Origin: Bdellovibrionota bacterium
GTDB taxonomy: Bacteria > Bdellovibrionota_C > UBA2361 > OMII01
DNA: 64,000 bases
Direction of reading: 5' to 3'
Assembly: GCA_044345405.1 (NCBI GenBank)
Contig: JBIJBE010000001.1
Span: 32,001-96,000 of the forward strand
Made by a program: the position numbers and the translations under genes. Numbering within the stretch: position 1 is the stretch's first letter; the number at the start of each line of letters is the position of its first letter. Below, piece after piece: positions 58,919 through 64,000 of this stretch. A model generated the notes under the pieces. That model ran no database searches. It was not told where the DNA came from and worked only from the letters and a program-made list of their open reading frames with translations.

Positions 58919-60014
58919 GATAGGTCGTGTCGCGACACTCATGGTGTGCGTTCTTTTTGGTATCGGCTCGGCCATATCGGACGAGCGGAGCTCCTCCCAA
59001 ACTTCGACGTTCCAACGCGCGCGTCCGGGATACTCGTGGTCCTTCCCAACGGACCACGGCCCTCATCCTCAGTTTCAAACCGAGTGGTGGTACTACACCG
59101 GGCATCTCTATCGAGAGGGAAGGGAGCCGTTTCGTGATCCTCCCGCCTATGGCTTTCAGCTTACCTTTTTTCGACGGGCCGAGACCCCTGACGGGCAGTC
59201 TCAGAGTGAGTTTCTCGCTCATGCCGCGGTAACTGATATCGCGACAGGGGCTACCACCTTCGCCTCTCGAAAGGGGGGCGCGCTTTTAGGCGCCGCGGGC
59301 GCTACACCATCGACCCTTGAGGTGTGGTCGGGTGATTGGTTAGCTGAGTTGGTCGGGGACGCGCACGTTTTGCGCTTTTCGCCGAGTAGGGGCGGGGACA
59401 CCTCCGTGAGGCTGCTCGGAAAAGCAACGGGAGGGCCTTGGCTACAGGGAGAGGGAGGTTTCAGCCGCAAGGGCACGTGTGAAACTTGCGCGTCTCACTA
59501 CTATTCAATCCCTCGTATCAGGATCTCCGGAGAGGTGCGCGACGGCACGAGGCTCACGCCGCTAACCGGGCTCGCCTGGATGGATCATGAATTCATGAGT
59601 AACACCCTATCCGCTGACCAGGTTGGATGGGATTGGATGGGGCTCATGCTTAAAGATGGACGGAACCTCACCGTGTTTCGGCTTCGCTCAGCCGATGGAG
59701 GAACGTCATACGCGTCCGCGACCGTTCAGCGAGAGGGGGAATCCGTAGTGGTTAAGGGCGAGGACCTAACGCTCACACCTGGCAAGGTGTGGGAGAGTCC
59801 TCGCACGAAAGCTCGGTATCCACTTGAGTGGCGGGTTCAGATCCCGGGCCACGGTATCGATCTCGTCGTGAAGGCGAGGGCTCAGATGTGCGAGGTGGGA
59901 GAGGGGGCTTCAGAGGTTGAGCCGCGATATTGGGAGGGTCCGGTTGTATCGGATAAAGAGAGTGCCATTGGGTACCTTGAGATGACGGGATACGCCGGGA
60001 AGATATCCCTGTAG
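58911..60014 (+). CDS. AttH/CrtC-like secreted lipocalin-fold protein
   Basis: FPTDHGPHPQFQTEWWYYTG, WMDHEF, GWDW, YWEG, GYLEMTGY. Confidence 0.88.
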   Translation: MNKIGRVATLMVCVLFGIGSAISDERSSSQTSTFQRARPGYSWSFPTDHGPHPQFQTEWWYYTGHLYREGREPFRDPPAYGFQLTFFRRAETPDGQSQSEFLAHAAVTDIATGATTFASRKGGALLGAAGATPSTLEVWSGDWLAELVGDAHVLRFSPSRGGDTSVRLLGKATGGPWLQGEGGFSRKGTCETCASHYYSIPRIRISGEVRDGTRLTPLTGLAWMDHEFMSNTLSADQVGWDWMGLMLKDGRNLTVFRLRSADGGTSYASATVQREGESVVVKGEDLTLTPGKVWESPRTKARYPLEWRVQIPGHGIDLVVKARAQMCEVGEGASEVEPRYWEGPVVSDKESAIGYLEMTGYAGKISL

Positions 60015-60022
60015 CTGAATGA

Positions 60023-60877
60023 CTAGCTCTGTCCTTTAACGGCCCACCGCTTGAGTGCTCGCCCCATCTGTTGTTCGAACTCAGTGGACGAGATGTTGAA
60101 GGCGGTTTCGAATGCCGCGTCCTTGTCGATTCCATCTCGAAGGAGCATGAAGTAGGCGGCAAGCGCCGGGAATCCGTACTTCTCGGCGACGAGTCGAGTG
60201 GCGAGAAGCGATTGCGCGTAGGCAGCTGGTACCATCTCGGGTTTGAGCTTCGTGAATCCGCCCTGCAGGAGGCTTAGCGAAATCGGCTCATGAGTCTTAA
60301 GCCACTCACGAAGCGCTTCCCGTAATCCCGGACTCTCCTCCCCCTCAAACCATTGAGCCAGGCCCTCATCGAGCCAACCTGGAAGATTTCCCGCCGAGAG
60401 CGCGGAGAGAATTGCGTGCGTGTACTCGTGGCGCACGGAGCGGTTGAGGTTCTCGATGTCGATCGCTTTCCCTTTCGCGAGAGGAAGGATGATCTGTCCT
60501 CGAAAGAACATCGCGTTGGTCCACTTCGGCGCGCCGGTGAGTTCGAAGAACTCCTCTTCGTCCATCAACCGAATCGAGGTGCTAAAGGCCGGAAGGTCAG
60601 CGAAGAGTCTGGTGAAGTGATCGTGCGTGGTGTTGAGAACCGTGATGAGGCTTGAGGCTGTCTCAGACCAACGGGTCGGCGCGATCAGGGTCAACTTGCT
60701 CCCGTTGGCTAGGTTGATCGGGGTAAAGCGAAGCGGTGAAGTTTCGTCCGGTTGCGCGTAACGGGCACGCTCGCCAGGTTGGTTTTCAGCATGAGCTGGC
60801 GCGTGCGAGATGAGAACCGCGGCGACGGTGCTCGCCATAAGCGGCGTGGTGAGCTGTCTTAACCTTGTTAGGAACAT
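60023..60877 (-). CDS. Secreted peptidase MA-family zinc metallopeptidase
   Basis: RHEYTHA, PGWLDEGLA, AYAQS; signal peptide. Confidence 0.85.
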   Translation of the reverse strand: MFLTRLRQLTTPLMASTVAAVLISHAPAHAENQPGERARYAQPDETSPLRFTPINLANGSKLTLIAPTRWSETASSLITVLNTTHDHFTRLFADLPAFSTSIRLMDEEEFFELTGAPKWTNAMFFRGQIILPLAKGKAIDIENLNRSVRHEYTHAILSALSAGNLPGWLDEGLAQWFEGEESPGLREALREWLKTHEPISLSLLQGGFTKLKPEMVPAAYAQSLLATRLVAEKYGFPALAAYFMLLRDGIDKDAAFETAFNISSTEFEQQMGRALKRWAVKGQS

Positions 60878-60948
60878 AGTCCTGGTGCCTCATCGTTCGC
60901 CGTTGCTCCGCACCGGCGTAGGGCTGAAACGTCAGCCTCTGGTGTATG

Positions 60949-60976
60949 TTTTCGGCACGTTCGGTGTTTTTCATGA
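60949..60976 (-). promoter_or_regulatory. Candidate sigma28-type promoter
   Basis: TCATG-N15-GCCGAAAA; shares the 12-mer CGAACGTGCCGA with the sigma-gene promoter. Confidence 0.45.
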
Positions 60977-61252
60977 GCGGTTCCTGAAGCCAGAAAGGGT
61001 ATTTAGAAGGTGCTGTTGGGGCAGTACGTTAGGCTGGCGATGAGTGCCTGGGTCGCACTAACTTGTTGAATTACGTAGCTTTAGTGCGACGAGTGGCGAA
61101 TCAGCGGTCCTTGCGGGGGCTGAAATAGGGTGAAAGGGGGCTCCATCCTTGTGAAAGGAGCCTATTCCTTAGTACAATAAAGATTAGTAAAACTCGTAAC
61201 ATAAAAGCGTCGCCCCTCAATCATGGGCGCTCTTTGTTCAAAGGATTATTCT

Positions 61253-61666
61253 ATGTCGTGTTCAACAACTGGTTCGTGTGGCAGCGGTAGCGGAAATAAG
61301 AATGTAGCGGCAGCTGACACCGGCTTCGCGGCTACTGATGAGATGCCTATCCTCCTTACCCCTTCAGCTATCGACGCTGTGTCGAAGGCTCTCACCGAAG
61401 AGGGCGAGGCTGGTGATTTCCTTCGTATCTCCGTCGTTGGCGGTGGATGCTCGGGATATCAGTACGGTCTTGATTTCGATAAAGAGGAGCGCATGGGAGA
61501 CCTCGCTCTCGACTTCGGCGGCGTGAAGGTCGTTGTCGATCCTGTGAGCGCTGGCTACCTTCGTGGCACGGTCGTTGATTACGTGACCGGGCTTAATGGA
61601 ACGGGATTTCAATTCAAGAACCCGAACGCTAAGCGGACCTGCGGATGCGGAAGCTCCTTTAGCTAA
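61253..61666 (+). CDS. A-type Fe-S carrier (IscA/ErpA/HesB)
   Basis: GGGCSGYQY, NPNA..TCGCGSSF. Confidence 0.93.
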   Translation: MSCSTTGSCGSGSGNKNVAAADTGFAATDEMPILLTPSAIDAVSKALTEEGEAGDFLRISVVGGGCSGYQYGLDFDKEERMGDLALDFGGVKVVVDPVSAGYLRGTVVDYVTGLNGTGFQFKNPNAKRTCGCGSSFS

Positions 61667-61690
61667 ATCTCTCTGACGAGAGATCGTGTG

Positions 61691-61734
61691 ACGCCAACCA
61701 TCGCCTGAAAGGAAGATGGTTGGCGTTTTTATTT
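61691..61734 (+). terminator. Intrinsic terminator
   Basis: ACGCCAACCATC...GATGGTTGGCGT followed by T run. Confidence 0.85.
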
Positions 61735-61823
61735 CGGTTTACTATAAGCTCGATCATGAGACTGCGTAGCGCGAGTGACACTCGTGTGTACTACAGAGCG
61801 GTCGCTCTCAAGGATGGAGCCCT

Positions 61824-62318
61824 ATGAAGACCAGAAACTCCCTTTTTCTTCTCTCGATACTCGCCGTCTCGGGTTGTTCGGTAGAGAAAGTTCGTGACGG
61901 CTCTATCGCCAATCTTTCGCACGCGAACGCCTTTGAAAAATTAGAGGTTGCCGCCACTCCAGAGGATCAAGCTCGCGATGAGATCCTCGCCGCCCCGACC
62001 GAGTTTGTTGTCGCTATTGAGCAGGATCGCTTCGCGTGGGAGCGAGCTCGATTCTTCCTCGAGAACTATGGTGGCGGTAGCGGCACTCCGAGCAATGCCG
62101 TCGTGAAGGTTGTCGGCTCTCGCAGAGGACTCTCAAGCGCTCCAGGTCCTAGCCCCTACACCTATGAGGTGTTCAAAGACTTCACACCTGAGGGATATCG
62201 ATATTCGGTACGGTGCGTGACTACGAACGGCGATGGATCCGACGCCGCCCTTAACGCAGGCAACTTCGCCCGGTTCATCCGCGAGGGGAAGCTTGAGAGG
62301 TCGTTGATCGTGCGGTAG
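61824..62318 (+). CDS. Hypothetical lipoprotein
   Basis: GGAG RBS; lipobox VSGC. Confidence 0.7.
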   Translation: MKTRNSLFLLSILAVSGCSVEKVRDGSIANLSHANAFEKLEVAATPEDQARDEILAAPTEFVVAIEQDRFAWERARFFLENYGGGSGTPSNAVVKVVGSRRGLSSAPGPSPYTYEVFKDFTPEGYRYSVRCVTTNGDGSDAALNAGNFARFIREGKLERSLIVR

Positions 62319-62524
62319 GGAGACTCTGCCCCGAGGTCCGGGAGGGTGGTCAGCTTGCCTCGACGTAGCAAAGCGGAGGCGGGTCCTGACCGCCGCGTTA
62401 CGTAGGGCGATTGTTATCCACGGTTCTCGACCATCCCACCACCCCAAATACCGTGATGCCCCCCTCGTTGACGCGTGCTATGTGGCTCTTCATACGCATA
62501 GATTTTTGCGAAGGGAGAGGAACG

Positions 62525-63799
62525 ATGCAAAGCGAATTAGATAGTTATTCTCAGGGGTTCAGAGAGAGGCTTGAGCGATACGCTGACCTCGTTATCTCCT
62601 ATGGGCTTAACGTCCAGCCCGGGCAGCTGGTGAATATCTCTAGTGAGGTCATTCACCGCGCCTTCGTGGGCTTGTTGGTTGAAGCCGCATATCGACGTGG
62701 CGCGGGGTATGTGCACGTCGAACTCGTGGATCCCCTCAACGTTCGATCGCGAGTTTTACATAGTCGTCCTGAACATCTGAACTCTCTCCCGGCATTTTTT
62801 TCCGCCAAGTTCTCCGAGCTCGTCGATGTGAGCGCCGCGAACCTCAAGGTGCTCGGGCCGGAATATCCTGACTACCTCTCTGATCTCGATCCGACCGCGG
62901 TCAATGATGTGAGGAAGGCCACATACGTCGCCGCAAAACGCTTTTACACTGAGGGGATCGGGAAATCGACGGTGCATTGGTGTGTGATCGCCGCAGCCAC
63001 TCCGGCGTGGGCGGAGAAGATCTTTCCCGACCTTCGAGGTCGCGTCGCGGAGGAGATGTTGTGGGGAGAGATCTTCAAGATCTGTCGAGTTGATCAGAGT
63101 GGTTACCTCGAGCGATGGCGTGAACATAACCTTCAGCTCAAGCGGCGGGCGGAGCGACTCACCTCGCTTCGGATTCGCGAGTTGAAGTTCTCCGGACCGG
63201 GCACTGACCTCACCGTTGGGCTCTCCCCGAAAGCTCTCTTCAAGGGTGGGATGGACAGGACGCCGGCGGGTCATGAGTTCGAACCGAACCTTCCGACGGA
63301 GGAGTGTTTCACAACCCCGGACTGGCGCAGAACCGAGGGCGTCGTCACGGCAACGAGACCGTTTTATGTGAATGGAAAGCTCATTAAAGATCTCACAATA
63401 ACCTTTAAAAATGGGCTTATTTCGGGCTTTTCGTGTAGTGAGGGCGCGTCGACCTTGGAGTCCTACCTGAAGAGTGATGAGGGGGCGAATCGTCTCGGAG
63501 AGGTCGCGCTCGTTGGGATCGACTCCCCAATTTTTGAGAGCGGTTTGACCTTTCAAGAAATACTCTACGATGAGAACGCGGCGTGTCACATCGCTGTGGG
63601 GTCCGCCTATAAGGGATGTCTCCAGGGAGGAGCCTCGATGTCCGATGAGGAGTGCGCCGCGCTCGGATGCAATACCAGCTCCGTACACACGGATATCATG
63701 ATTTCTAATGAGGAAATCGACGTTCAGGCTGTGCTTGAGAGTGGTGAGATGATCGATCTCCTTGTGCGTGGGAGATGGGTTGGTGAGTTCGCGATCTGA
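62525..63799 (+). CDS. Aminopeptidase, M29 (AmpS/AmpT) family
   Basis: GLNVQPGQ, PNLPTEECFTTP, LGEVALV, LYDENAACHIAVG, SSVHTD. Confidence 0.93.
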   Translation: MQSELDSYSQGFRERLERYADLVISYGLNVQPGQLVNISSEVIHRAFVGLLVEAAYRRGAGYVHVELVDPLNVRSRVLHSRPEHLNSLPAFFSAKFSELVDVSAANLKVLGPEYPDYLSDLDPTAVNDVRKATYVAAKRFYTEGIGKSTVHWCVIAAATPAWAEKIFPDLRGRVAEEMLWGEIFKICRVDQSGYLERWREHNLQLKRRAERLTSLRIRELKFSGPGTDLTVGLSPKALFKGGMDRTPAGHEFEPNLPTEECFTTPDWRRTEGVVTATRPFYVNGKLIKDLTITFKNGLISGFSCSEGASTLESYLKSDEGANRLGEVALVGIDSPIFESGLTFQEILYDENAACHIAVGSAYKGCLQGGASMSDEECAALGCNTSSVHTDIMISNEEIDVQAVLESGEMIDLLVRGRWVGEFAI

Positions 63800-64000
63800 T
63801 CGTCGCGTGATCATGATCGTGATGAGTGAGAGATCGCCTGACGATGCGCGCGGAGAAAATTTTCACTCTCTTGAAACCATCTGGGGATCTCGTGTCATCA
63901 AAAAAGGGCTTGTCAAGAATTGCAAGCGGTGTCAACCTGCAGTCAATGAGGTCTCGTTCGTTGCTCACTGACTATCTGAAAGGGTAGTGAGTGAGCGGCG

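Noticed and set aside
61170-61205. Possible IscR/Rrf2 site upstream of iscA
   Set aside because: AT-rich, but no convincing palindrome or consensus match
62756-63814. 352-aa antisense ORF, and similar ones at 5400, 6198, 10931, 12056, 16788 and 20014
   Set aside because: Shadow frames of well-supported genes on the opposite strand; no motifs
63800-64000. Short ORFs at the window end
   Set aside because: No motif or clear RBS; probably intergenic

Overview
Chromosomal, moderately GC-rich bacterial window. Gene content suggests a diderm, deltaproteobacterium/Bdellovibrionota-like organism (inference). Housekeeping blocks: Mla/Pqi-type lipid ABC transporter; propionyl-CoA carboxylase genes and a split methylmalonyl-CoA mutase; ArsR-controlled ABC/HlyD/TolC exporter; dksA; suhB; ispE-tRNA-Gln-prs-(NUDIX insertion)-rplY-pth-rpsF-rplI with rpsR missing; comEC; mreB; rne; rsmG; AttEFGH-like ABC cluster; iscA/erpA; M29 aminopeptidase. 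The most unusual part is about 31-54 kb. It holds a stripped-down type III secretion-like operon (two FHA proteins, SctJ, a small FliG/SctK-like protein, SctO-like coiled coil, SctQ, SycD-like TPR) with no export gate, ATPase, secretin or needle in the window. It also holds a divergent pair of FliA/sigma28-like factors, large orphan proteins, an HDAC-GNAT pair, an apparently circularly permuted HAD phosphatase, and a secreted protein with an FrpC self-processing-module-like domain. A recurring sigma28-like promoter motif (TNAAG-N14/15-GCCGAT) precedes several of these genes, suggesting one regulon. No CRISPR array, rRNA or mobile element was recognised. All calls are by eye; no searches were run.
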